Shown: in pieces, positions 52,800-61,160 of the stretch
How positions within the stretch are numbered: position 1 is the stretch's first letter
Layout: each line of letters opens with the position of its first letter
From: Candidatus Latescibacterota bacterium
Lineage (GTDB): Bacteria > Latescibacterota > UBA2968 > UBA8231
NCBI GenBank assembly: GCA_965221775.1
Contig: CBDCSU010000005.1
Location: forward strand, 608,001-672,000
Length of the DNA: 64,000 bases
Direction of reading: 5' to 3'
Translations under genes and position numbers: made by a program
The notes under the pieces: model-generated
Database searches by the model: none
The model's input: the letters and a program-made list of their open reading frames with translations, nothing else
What the model was told of the DNA's origin: nothing

Positions 52800-53516
52800 T
52801 CAGGCCTCGGCGAGAAGCCGGGCCCCGTGCTTGCCGCGGCCGACCACGGCGAGGCCGTCCACGGCTCTCAGGCAGTAGGTCATGCGCGCCGCCAGGGCGG
52901 GGCTCAGGCCCGCGGCCTCGGCCAGGGCCCGGTTGGTGAAGGGGCGGGGCAGTTCTGCGGCGGAAGGAAGCAGCGCCAGCAGGCGGGCCGGCGTCGACAG
53001 GTCGCAGCGGCGCACCACCTTCAGCAGGCGGCGGTCCGTGCGCCGCCACTCCGGGTGGCGCCAGGAGCCGCGGCCGTCGTGGCAGCGGACCTCCTCCTCC
53101 TGGATCAGCAGAACCTCCAAGGCGAAGCCGGGGCGCGCCGGCAGGTCGGGGATGCTCACCAGCTCGTGGAATACGTCTTCCAGGCGGCCGCGCTTCGGGG
53201 ACTTGCGCCGGCCCAGGCGCTCGCCCGCGGCGTCGACGCGCAGGATCCACTTCTCCGCGGCGATGGGGTGCACGAGGCGCACCCGCCGGCGCTCGGTGAG
53301 CCGGCGCAGCTTGGCCTTCAGGGGCGCAAAGCTGCGCGTCTGGATCTCCACCAGCAGGTTGTCGTCGCGCTCGATGTCGACGACGTAGCCTTCGACCCGG
53401 GTCTCCAGGCGGTCCTGGGGACGCGCGTACCAGGACTTGACCGCGGCGTGCAGGGAACGCTCTCGCAGGACGCCGATGTGCGGGGGTGCCGGCAATCCAC
53501 CTCCGGGACGGGACAA
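52800..53516 (-). CDS. Conserved hypothetical protein with PD-(D/E)xK-like motif
   Basis: ERSLHAAVK..YVVDI..LVEIQT; C-terminal HTH-like segment. Confidence 0.7.
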   Translation of the reverse strand: MSRPGGGLPAPPHIGVLRERSLHAAVKSWYARPQDRLETRVEGYVVDIERDDNLLVEIQTRSFAPLKAKLRRLTERRRVRLVHPIAAEKWILRVDAAGERLGRRKSPKRGRLEDVFHELVSIPDLPARPGFALEVLLIQEEEVRCHDGRGSWRHPEWRRTDRRLLKVVRRCDLSTPARLLALLPSAAELPRPFTNRALAEAAGLSPALAARMTYCLRAVDGLAVVGRGKHGARLLAEA

Positions 53517-53754
53517 CCGTCCTGTGGATGGACGCGGGGAGAGGGAGGCCGGGCCGCGGCGGGGGTGCGCGGCGAACGGCGAGAGTGGAGGATCCGCCGC
53601 CCGGCTGCCGACCGAAGATAGGGCGGCGGCGCCGGGAACGCCGCGGGACAGGGATCGCCGCAGGTACTGCGCTCTCCCTCTCCACCTGCAGGCCGATGCC
53701 GGTGAACCCCGAGGCCGGCGACCCGGACTGCTGCCTGCGAGGAAGCGCCGCCGC

Positions 53755-54480
53755 CTACCCCGGACCCGGCGCGCCCCCCGGAGCGGCCAAGGCCCCCATG
53801 GCCGTCCAGATGAGCCAGGGCGCCAGCACCACGGCCAGGGCCCGCCCCCGCGGCGCCCCGGTGACCACGGCCATGCCGATTCCGAGGAGGATGGCCTGCC
53901 ACAGATCGAAGAGGTTCAGGCCCATCAGGAACCGCCCCGCGAAGCTCTCTTCCGCCCCGTCCGGCAGCAGGAAGCCGGCGTGGAAGACCGCCGGACTGGT
54001 GAACGGCACCAGGGGCGGACAGGCGCCGATGCGCACCAGCAGCGTCAGCAGGAACCACTGGGGCACGCACACGACGGAGGCGTAGCTCTTGATGGCCAGC
54101 ATCTGCCGCAGACCGGCCTCCGAGCGCAGGACCCACCGCGCCAGGCCGACCAGGACCAGGGCGGCGGCGGCCAGACTGGAGAACCGGGCCACCAGGGGAG
54201 AGCTGATCCAGCCGTGGGTGCGCCACTGCTGGTTGCGGAGGGTGGTGGACTCCCTCTCCTTCTCGTCGAGCTGCTCCCACCCCTCGATCGCCGCCGGCTC
54301 CTCGGGCGCCGCCAGGGACAGGGTCGCCAGGTTGTGGGCCGCCCAGACGCCGGCGCCCAGGGCCACCGGCAGCACCCAGTCGGTCCACTTCCCGCCATCG
54401 GCGACGGCCTCGAAGGCGAGCCGGGGCGCGCGAAAGACGGCGATCAGGCGCTCGCCCATGCCGGTCTGCTCGATCGTCAT
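53755..54480 (-). CDS. Yip1-family membrane protein
   Basis: VFRAPRLAF; NLFDLW; multiple TM helices. Confidence 0.75.
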   Translation of the reverse strand: MTIEQTGMGERLIAVFRAPRLAFEAVADGGKWTDWVLPVALGAGVWAAHNLATLSLAAPEEPAAIEGWEQLDEKERESTTLRNQQWRTHGWISSPLVARFSSLAAAALVLVGLARWVLRSEAGLRQMLAIKSYASVVCVPQWFLLTLLVRIGACPPLVPFTSPAVFHAGFLLPDGAEESFAGRFLMGLNLFDLWQAILLGIGMAVVTGAPRGRALAVVLAPWLIWTAMGALAAPGGAPGPG

Positions 54481-55304
54481 TCCCAGGCCTCCGGCCACGA
54501 CCGGAAGAGCTGCCGCTGCTCCTCCGACCAGCGGGCCCGGGTGGCCTTCGTGACGAAGGGGGGCTCGTCCATGGTGGCCATGTTCTGGGACGGCATCCAG
54601 TAGGGTCCGTAGCCGACGTGGATCGTCTTGCGCACCCGGTCGGAGCGGTTGGTCCGCCCCCCGTGGCGCAGGGCCTCGGTGAAGAAGATCCCCCAGCCCG
54701 CCTTCACCTCCAGCGCCACCGTCCCCGGCTCGGTGTCGGGATCGTTGCCGTAGGGGGACGGCAGGTTGGACTTGTGGGTGCCGGGGACCACGGTGAAGGC
54801 GCCGCCCTCGGCGTCGTTGTCGTGGAGGAAGTAGATCATGCGCACCATCATGCAGTCGATGCGCTCGGAGGCGAAGTTGTAGCGGTACTTCTGGTCCTCG
54901 CCGCGGCTGCCGCCGTGATGGGGGCTGGCGTTGCCCCTGTAGCGGATGCGGATCTCCGAGTTGTTCACCGTCGGCCGCTGCATCACCGCGGCGCCCACGT
55001 ACTCCAGGGTGCGCTCGTGCCCCACGAGCACGTCGAAGGCCTCGTCGGCGTTCCAGAAGTCCTCGATGATCAGCGTCTGGCCCTCGGCCCGCTCGCCCTG
55101 CACGTGATAGCCCAGGTCCTCGTCGGCATGGTACTCCGCCCCCCAGGCCGACTTCTTGCGCGGCGGCTTGTCCACCCGGGCGGCGGCGTGCTCCTCCAGG
55201 CGGTCGACGGCCGCCTTCAGCGACGCCACCTCGCCGGCGGTGAGCATCTCCTCGATGACGACGTAGCCGTTGCGGTCGAACTCGTAGCGCTCCTCCTCGT
55301 TCAT
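54477..55304 (-). CDS. PhyH-family dioxygenase with HxG motif
   Basis: FDRNGYVV; HHGG; VVPGTHK; FTEALRHGG. Confidence 0.85.
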   Translation of the reverse strand: MNEEERYEFDRNGYVVIEEMLTAGEVASLKAAVDRLEEHAAARVDKPPRKKSAWGAEYHADEDLGYHVQGERAEGQTLIIEDFWNADEAFDVLVGHERTLEYVGAAVMQRPTVNNSEIRIRYRGNASPHHGGSRGEDQKYRYNFASERIDCMMVRMIYFLHDNDAEGGAFTVVPGTHKSNLPSPYGNDPDTEPGTVALEVKAGWGIFFTEALRHGGRTNRSDRVRKTIHVGYGPYWMPSQNMATMDEPPFVTKATRARWSEEQRQLFRSWPEAWE

Positions 55305-55406
55305 CCTCTCCCTCCTCTGGCGGGAACGGGGTCAAGGGTAAGGAATGAGCCCCCGCCGCGCCGGTCCGCCAGCGCCGGCCGCCCCCCGGCTCCCGGCCCC
55401 GCGGCG

Positions 55407-55435
55407 TTGACATTGTCGGACCGGGTGGCTAGCTT
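55407..55435 (+). promoter_or_regulatory. Sigma70 promoter of tRNA-Glu
   Basis: TTGACA (55407) N17 TAGCTT (55430). Confidence 0.75.
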
Positions 55436-55469
55436 TTTTCGTCCTCGGCAGGATGGTTCAACCGACTGT

Positions 55470-55545
55470 GGCCCCTTCGTCTAGAGGCCTAGGACGCCGG
55501 CCTCTCACGCCGGTAACACGGGTTCGAATCCCGTAGGGGCTACCA
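55470..55545 (+). tRNA. tRNA-Glu (anticodon CTC)
   Basis: Acceptor GGCCCCT/AGGGGCT; anticodon arm CCGGC-CTCTCAC-GCCGG; GGTTCGAATCC; encoded CCA. Confidence 0.97.
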
Positions 55546-55554
55546 CTTCTCTCC

Positions 55555-55992
55555 ATGACAGCCACGACGCGCAGACGGCCCGCGGTCTTCGACAGACCCC
55601 GGGCCGCTTGTCTTTGCGGCTCCCTCCTCGTCGCCGCGGCGCTGCTGTGGCTGCCGGTCCACCGTGCCGGCGCCACGGCCGAGAGCCTCGCGGCAGAGGC
55701 GGTGCAACCCGTAGCGGCGGAGACCGGTGACGTGGACAGCAGCACCGTGGTGGCGGACTCCCTGAAGGCCGGTGCCATCGACAGCGCCGCGGTGCAGGCT
55801 GGTGCCGTCGACGCGGACACCCTGGCCGCGGCAACCCGAGGGGTGGGATTCCGGCCGTCCTTCCCGGCCAGGGGGCTCCGGCTGGACGGCTCGACGGGCA
55901 TCCTGCGGGACGTGGACCTGCGGCGCTGGCGCATGACGTTCTTCCAGGTTGCCGAGCCAAGGGTCGAACCTGAGCGGCAGGGCAGCGAGTGA
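55555..55992 (+). CDS. Secreted hypothetical protein, probably a truncated homolog of 59324..60364
   Basis: Signal peptide; AGAIDS repeats; RLDGSTGILRDVD resembles RLAGLAGVVKAVD. Confidence 0.5.
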   Translation: MTATTRRRPAVFDRPRAACLCGSLLVAAALLWLPVHRAGATAESLAAEAVQPVAAETGDVDSSTVVADSLKAGAIDSAAVQAGAVDADTLAAATRGVGFRPSFPARGLRLDGSTGILRDVDLRRWRMTFFQVAEPRVEPERQGSE

Positions 55993-56209
55993 ATCTCCCG
56001 CCAACGGTCGCCCGCAGTTGACCCGGGAGCGCCCTTCCCTTCGCAGGTCCTCCTGCCAGATCCCCGGGGTAGCCTGACAACGGTCGTCGCGCGGCGATTC
56101 CGAGATCTTCCACTTCTCCTGCCACTCCCCGCGAGCCCCTTGGGTGAGCGAGGCGAACCGTCTTGACAAGGCCGCAGCGAACCCCCTGTTCCAGAGCAAG
56201 GCGGAAGCA

Positions 56210-56509
56210 ATGAACCCACAGGTCTCCCTGTCCAAAGCTGCGCTTACTGCTTTCTGCAGGAAGAGTGGCATCAAGCGGCTCTCCATCTTCGGCTCGGCCC
56301 TGCGAGAGGACTTCGGCCCCGAGAGCGACATAGATGTGCTCGTCGAGTTCGAGCCCGGCCGCATTCCCGGACTGCTGGGAATCGCGGGCATGGAGCTGGC
56401 GCTGTCCGAACTCTTCGGAGGCCGCAAGGTCGATCTCAGAACGGCCGAGGATCTGAGTCCGTACTTCCGACAGGACGTCCTGGCCGCGGCGGAAGTCGAT
56501 GAACATTGA
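56210..56509 (+). CDS. Minimal nucleotidyltransferase (MNT)
   Basis: IFGSALREDFGPESDIDVLVEF; RKVDL; LSPYFR. Confidence 0.92.
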   Translation: MNPQVSLSKAALTAFCRKSGIKRLSIFGSALREDFGPESDIDVLVEFEPGRIPGLLGIAGMELALSELFGGRKVDLRTAEDLSPYFRQDVLAAAEVDEH

Positions 56510-57905
56510 CCACATCACAACTCTCGCCGCCTCCGGCGAGTCCGAGACCCTGGAGTTCAAGGAGACGACCGGCACCCGCCGGGAGGCGGCCATGACGGTG
56601 TGCGCCTTTCTGAACCAGCGTGGTGGTCAGGTGATGTTCGGCGTGACCCAGGATGGGACTGTGGCCGGGCAACAGGTCAGCGAGCGCACCATCGAAGAGT
56701 TGAGTGCTGAACTCCGGCGAATCGATCCCCCGGCGTTTCCGGCGGTGGAACGGGTCTCCGTGGACGGCGGTGGTGAAGTCATCATGGTCAACACCGGCCA
56801 AGGGGCATCAGGGCCGTACACGTACCGAGGCAAAGCCTACCGCCGGGTCGGGAACACCACACTCGCAATGGCGGCCCAAGAGTACAACCAAGTGCTCTTC
56901 GAGCGGATGCACAGTGAGCAACGCTGGGAGAACCAGCCGGCCGCAGGGTGGTCCATAGACGACCTCGACGAAGCGGAAATTCGGCGGACGGTCGCTGAGG
57001 CGGTCCGGCGCGGGCGTCTCGAAGAGCCTGTAGGCGGAGAGCCAACCGACATGCTGAGGGGCCTCGGCCTTCTGCGCGACGGCGCGCTGTTGCGGGCGGC
57101 GGCGGTGCTGTTCGGCAGCACGGAGCGGTTGGAGTTCGAGATGCCGCAGTGCCTGCTCCGGGTCGCCCGCTTCCGGGGACTCGACCGGATGGAGTTCCTG
57201 GACAACCGCCAATTCAACGGCAACGCTTTCGCGCTTCTCGTCAACGCCGAGCGCTTCCTGCGCGACACCCTGCCCATAGCCGGCAGGTTCGAGCAGGACC
57301 GCTTCGAGCGAATCGACGAGCCCCTGTATCCGCCTCTGGCCACGCGCGAGGCGCTGGCAAACGCCCTGTGCCATCGCGACTACTCCATCGGCGGCGGCTC
57401 CGTTGGCGTAGCGGTCTACGACGACCGCCTGGAGGTGACATCCTCCGGTTCCCTGCACTTCGGCCTGACGCCGGAGAAGCTGTTCGCCCCGCACGAATCG
57501 CGGCCATGGAATCCGCTGATCGCCCGCACCTTCTACCGGCGCGGGATCATCGAGGAGTGGGGAAGCGGGACCCTGAAGATGGCGGAGATGGCCAGCAGCG
57601 CCGGCCTTCCGGTGCTGGAGATAGACGATGACGGGGGAGCCGTCACCGTGCGATTCCGACATAGCCTGTTTGTGCGCCAGCCAGAGGGCAGCGAGGTCAG
57701 TCCTGCCAAGAGGCGGGAGATGATACTTGCCCTGCTGGATGACGCGGCAGAGGGCTTGACGCGCCGCGAGATTCATGCACGTCTGCGTCCCGGGGTGAGC
57801 GAACGTCAGGTGCGAACGACGCTGGAGGAGTTGAGAGACGGGGGACTGGTCACGTCCAAGGCTCGCGGACCGTTGACGCGATGGTGCGCGATAGGTGCGA
57901 GATAG
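56499..57905 (+). CDS. Schlafen/AlbA_2 + HATPase-like + HTH protein
   Basis: GESETLEFKE; CAFLN..GG..FGV; REALANALCHRDY; NPLIA; GSGT; C-terminal wHTH. Confidence 0.9.
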   Translation: MNIDHITTLAASGESETLEFKETTGTRREAAMTVCAFLNQRGGQVMFGVTQDGTVAGQQVSERTIEELSAELRRIDPPAFPAVERVSVDGGGEVIMVNTGQGASGPYTYRGKAYRRVGNTTLAMAAQEYNQVLFERMHSEQRWENQPAAGWSIDDLDEAEIRRTVAEAVRRGRLEEPVGGEPTDMLRGLGLLRDGALLRAAAVLFGSTERLEFEMPQCLLRVARFRGLDRMEFLDNRQFNGNAFALLVNAERFLRDTLPIAGRFEQDRFERIDEPLYPPLATREALANALCHRDYSIGGGSVGVAVYDDRLEVTSSGSLHFGLTPEKLFAPHESRPWNPLIARTFYRRGIIEEWGSGTLKMAEMASSAGLPVLEIDDDGGAVTVRFRHSLFVRQPEGSEVSPAKRREMILALLDDAAEGLTRREIHARLRPGVSERQVRTTLEELRDGGLVTSKARGPLTRWCAIGAR

Positions 57906-57953
57906 GTGCGCGATGGTGCGTGATAGGTGCGAGATAGGTGCGCGATGAGAGCG
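57879..57953. repeat. 10/11-bp tandem repeat (NGAT[A]GGTGCG)
   Basis: cgatggtgcg cgataggtgcg agataggtgcg repeated twice; degenerate TATAGGGGGC units continue to about 58086. Confidence 0.85.
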
Positions 57954-58230
57954 CCACAGGGGCGGGAAATTGGCGCTATCAAGCAGTACTCAGGGGGCGC
58001 GATAGGGACGACGGGAGCCAATAGGGCGCTATGAATGGTGCATAAGTCCCCCTGGGGGCCTATAGGGGGCTTATAGGGGGCCTATGCTGCACGATACCTG
58101 CGCGATGGGGGGCGAGACAGGGTCAAGCCATGATTGACCTGAGGATCACCGAAGCCGGTTCCGTCCAGTCCCGGAAGTCCGTGTTGCGCCAGCACCAGCC
58201 CGAAGAGCTAATCCCCAGGAGCAAGCCACA

Positions 58231-59319
58231 ATGTCCGTGAACCAGCCTGACCCGGGCCGCACCCGCCTGTCGGCGGCAGCCGCCGTGATCTGGCGGTCCG
58301 TGCAGGTGGCGGTGGCCGTCTCCATCGCCGTCGTGCCCTTCGCCTACGCGACCACCGGCGTGCACCGCGAAGTCCTGATCGCGGCGAGTTGCGGTTTCGC
58401 GATAGGCGTCGGCCTCAGTCTGCGCATGGGCGAACGAGGCGGGAGGTCGTCAGGCATCCTGATCGGCTCGGCTGTCGGCATCCTCTCGGCGCTCGCGGCG
58501 GGTTTCACCCCGGGCGGGTCGGGAGCCGTGTTCATCGTCCCCCCGGTGCTGGCGCCCCTTGCCCTCGGCCTGATCGACGGACTCGGTCCGTCGCGCCTCT
58601 CGGGGTATCGGGAGACGAGCATCATGGCGTTGATGGTGAGCGCCCTTCTCGGGTTCGGGTTGCTGCCCAACCTCGGGTTCACTGTGCTCATCCTCCTTCT
58701 CTGGGTGCCGCAGAACGCACTCATCGCGGGGTACTTCAACCGCAATCCGGAAGGCCGGCTCCACTCCCGCCCGCCGCTCTGGCTGCTCCTCGCCTTCCTG
58801 GCTGCCGTTGCCGCGAATGGCGCCATCGGGTTGTGGGAGTCAGGCTGGCTGCAGACTCTCCTCGTCCTTCCCCTGATGATGTTGCTCGCCCCTGCCGCCG
58901 TCTTCCTGGCCGCTCGGGCCTTCGCGATCTGGATGAAGCCGCGCCTCGACGTGTACGTGCAGCTCGTCGAGTATCTCCGCGTCATGTGGATCCCCATCGG
59001 CGGGTTCTCCGCCGGGTACCTGGCGATCATCATCGTCTTCGCGGGGTTCAGCGGCATGCTGGAGCGCTTCCACCCCGGCTCCTTCGCCGGCGCCGCGGAC
59101 GCCGGCATCGGTGACTGGCTGTCGTTCTCGTTCTTCTCGGCCCTGGCCCAGGACTACACCGGCATCACCCCGGCCTCGTTGGCGGCGCGGACCCTCGTGG
59201 GCGCCAGGCTGCTGCTGTCGGTCGGCTGGGCGCTGGTCGTCTTCGCCGCGATCATGTCGGCCATCCAGCCCCAGCTCGAGCGGATCGCTCGGCGCAACAC
59301 ACGGTCGGTCGACGAGTGA
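58231..59319 (+). CDS. Multi-pass membrane protein with C-terminal ion-channel-like module
   Basis: About 10 TM helices; TM - WLSFSFFSALAQDYTGITPAS - TM arrangement. Confidence 0.65.
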   Translation: MSVNQPDPGRTRLSAAAAVIWRSVQVAVAVSIAVVPFAYATTGVHREVLIAASCGFAIGVGLSLRMGERGGRSSGILIGSAVGILSALAAGFTPGGSGAVFIVPPVLAPLALGLIDGLGPSRLSGYRETSIMALMVSALLGFGLLPNLGFTVLILLLWVPQNALIAGYFNRNPEGRLHSRPPLWLLLAFLAAVAANGAIGLWESGWLQTLLVLPLMMLLAPAAVFLAARAFAIWMKPRLDVYVQLVEYLRVMWIPIGGFSAGYLAIIIVFAGFSGMLERFHPGSFAGAADAGIGDWLSFSFFSALAQDYTGITPASLAARTLVGARLLLSVGWALVVFAAIMSAIQPQLERIARRNTRSVDE

Positions 59320-59323
59320 CCTG

Positions 59324-60364
59324 ATGCGGACCTGCGTCCTTGCGGCCATGGTCCTGCTCCTGCCCTTGCCGGTCTGCCATGCAGCCGCGAATCCGGCAAG
59401 CGATCCGGACGGAGAGCCGCAGGCCCAGGTGATCCTGGAGGCCGGCGCCATCGACAGCACCACCGTGGTGGTGGGGGCCGCGGCCGTGGTCGTCTATGGC
59501 CTCGGGTACCGCGATCCGGTCTCGGGGAAGTGGCCCCGCCTGGCCGGGTTGGCCGGGGTCGTGAAGGCGGTGGACGAGCATCGGCTGCTGCTGGCGCTCG
59601 AGGAACAACGGTGGCCTCAGCGCATCGATCTGGAGCGCGTTCAGAGGCTGATCCTGCTGGGTCCCGCTGCCGCGGGATCGTCGCAGGGAGGCGGCACTCC
59701 CCCCGGAGGCGCTGTCGACATCAACAAGGTGGCCAGGGGCAAGACCCCTCCTTACCCGCAACGGGAGGACAGCCATGACCGAATCGGACTCAGGAGACTT
59801 GTCGACACCTTGATCATGGGTGATCTGCCCAACCCCCAGGTCGCACCCACGGAGACCACCGAGTTGGACACCGTACACTCACTTGAAGGAGCTGTACTGC
59901 AGGGCGGGTCTCAACTTGAGAGAAACGACCGGATCTCCCGAAAACTCTCCACGAGCGCGCTTCTGTCCACCGGGTTCCTCTACGGAGGGTTCAAGCTCCT
60001 GGTACACTCGTGCGGCGGCGATGGCGACGATCCCGACGATCTGGGCACTGCCTTCTGTGTACTGGAGGGATGGCCTCTGCTTGCGGTCTCGGGCAGCCTC
60101 ATCGCGGTCCCCATGGGCGTGACGGTATGGGATCCCTACGACAACCCCGGCGCCGTATGGCTGGGCAGCCTCACCGGTCTCCTGGGAGGAGCCGCGTTCT
60201 CCCTCGGTCTCAAGACCTTGTTCCCCGTTGTCCTCGGTCCCCCCATCATGGCTACCATGATGTCCGAGTGGTCGCGCAGTCATCCGGGGACACGCGGCCT
60301 CTCCATCGGCCTGGTGCCGAACCGACGCGGGGGGTTGTCAGCCGTGGCGTCGTTGCGTTTCTGA
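59324..60364 (+). CDS. Secreted/membrane hypothetical protein ending in Phe
   Basis: Signal peptide; Gly-rich hydrophobic C-terminal half; ends SLRF. Confidence 0.65.
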   Translation: MRTCVLAAMVLLLPLPVCHAAANPASDPDGEPQAQVILEAGAIDSTTVVVGAAAVVVYGLGYRDPVSGKWPRLAGLAGVVKAVDEHRLLLALEEQRWPQRIDLERVQRLILLGPAAAGSSQGGGTPPGGAVDINKVARGKTPPYPQREDSHDRIGLRRLVDTLIMGDLPNPQVAPTETTELDTVHSLEGAVLQGGSQLERNDRISRKLSTSALLSTGFLYGGFKLLVHSCGGDGDDPDDLGTAFCVLEGWPLLAVSGSLIAVPMGVTVWDPYDNPGAVWLGSLTGLLGGAAFSLGLKTLFPVVLGPPIMATMMSEWSRSHPGTRGLSIGLVPNRRGGLSAVASLRF

Positions 60365-60379
60365 ACAGGAACAGCCATC

Positions 60380-61147
60380 ATGCACCTGTTCCGGTCTCTT
60401 TCCGTGGGGGCGCTTCTCTCCGCCGGATGCGCGGCGCCCCTGACCGAGGTAGCGGCCACCCGTGAGAGCGGGATCGGGCAGGATCTGTTTGAAGAGGGTG
60501 AACAGGTGTGGATCACCTATCAGGGAATAGGGATTGAGAAGACAGGGAGAGGGATCGTTCTCGAATCGGACGAGGATTCGGTCAGGCTCGATCTGGGGCG
60601 ATCGGGTATCCGCGATATCCGCTACCGATCGATACGAACCGTGCGGCGCCCGGCCGGAGACCGCTGGTACGCGGGCGTATCAACCGTCGCCTTTCCGGTG
60701 CTCGTCGGCCGACCGCAGGAATTGCCCTCCATGATTCGCTTGACAGGTGCGGGAGTATCGATCAGGCGCAGGACCCACCAGAATGGAGTGGAGGCGAATC
60801 TCACGATGGGCGGAAGAGGCGAGGGTGGGTATTCCTCGTGGATTGGCCTGGCGGGGAATGCCCACTTCTTCACCATCCTGCCCAGGTCCTACGTTGTCCT
60901 GGGGACGGGGAGGATCTGGCCCCGCCCCATGGAAGCCTTCAATCTCTACCACAACTACCGCTCCGGCGGGTCCTTGACCTATGTCCGCATCGGCTTTGGA
61001 GTAGCGGGCCCGGTCCTGAAGGGGTGGGAGTTGCGCCTGGAGGTCGAATCAAAGGGCATGCAAGCCATCTTGTCGGGGTCGGAGGCCACGGGCCTGGAAC
61101 CCGAACTGTTCGGGGCAACCCTGGGCATGGAATCCGTGCTGCGGTAG
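60380..61147 (+). CDS. Putative lipoprotein with beta-strand-rich C-terminus
   Basis: LSAGC lipobox; RBS AGGA. Confidence 0.6.
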   Translation: MHLFRSLSVGALLSAGCAAPLTEVAATRESGIGQDLFEEGEQVWITYQGIGIEKTGRGIVLESDEDSVRLDLGRSGIRDIRYRSIRTVRRPAGDRWYAGVSTVAFPVLVGRPQELPSMIRLTGAGVSIRRRTHQNGVEANLTMGGRGEGGYSSWIGLAGNAHFFTILPRSYVVLGTGRIWPRPMEAFNLYHNYRSGGSLTYVRIGFGVAGPVLKGWELRLEVESKGMQAILSGSEATGLEPELFGATLGMESVLR

Positions 61148-61160
61148 GACAAGTTCCCTG

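Noticed and set aside
58043-58062. attR copy of the tRNA-Glu 3' end
   Set aside because: Only loose similarity (AAGTCCCCCTGGGGGCCTA), inside a low-complexity repeat, and no integrase.
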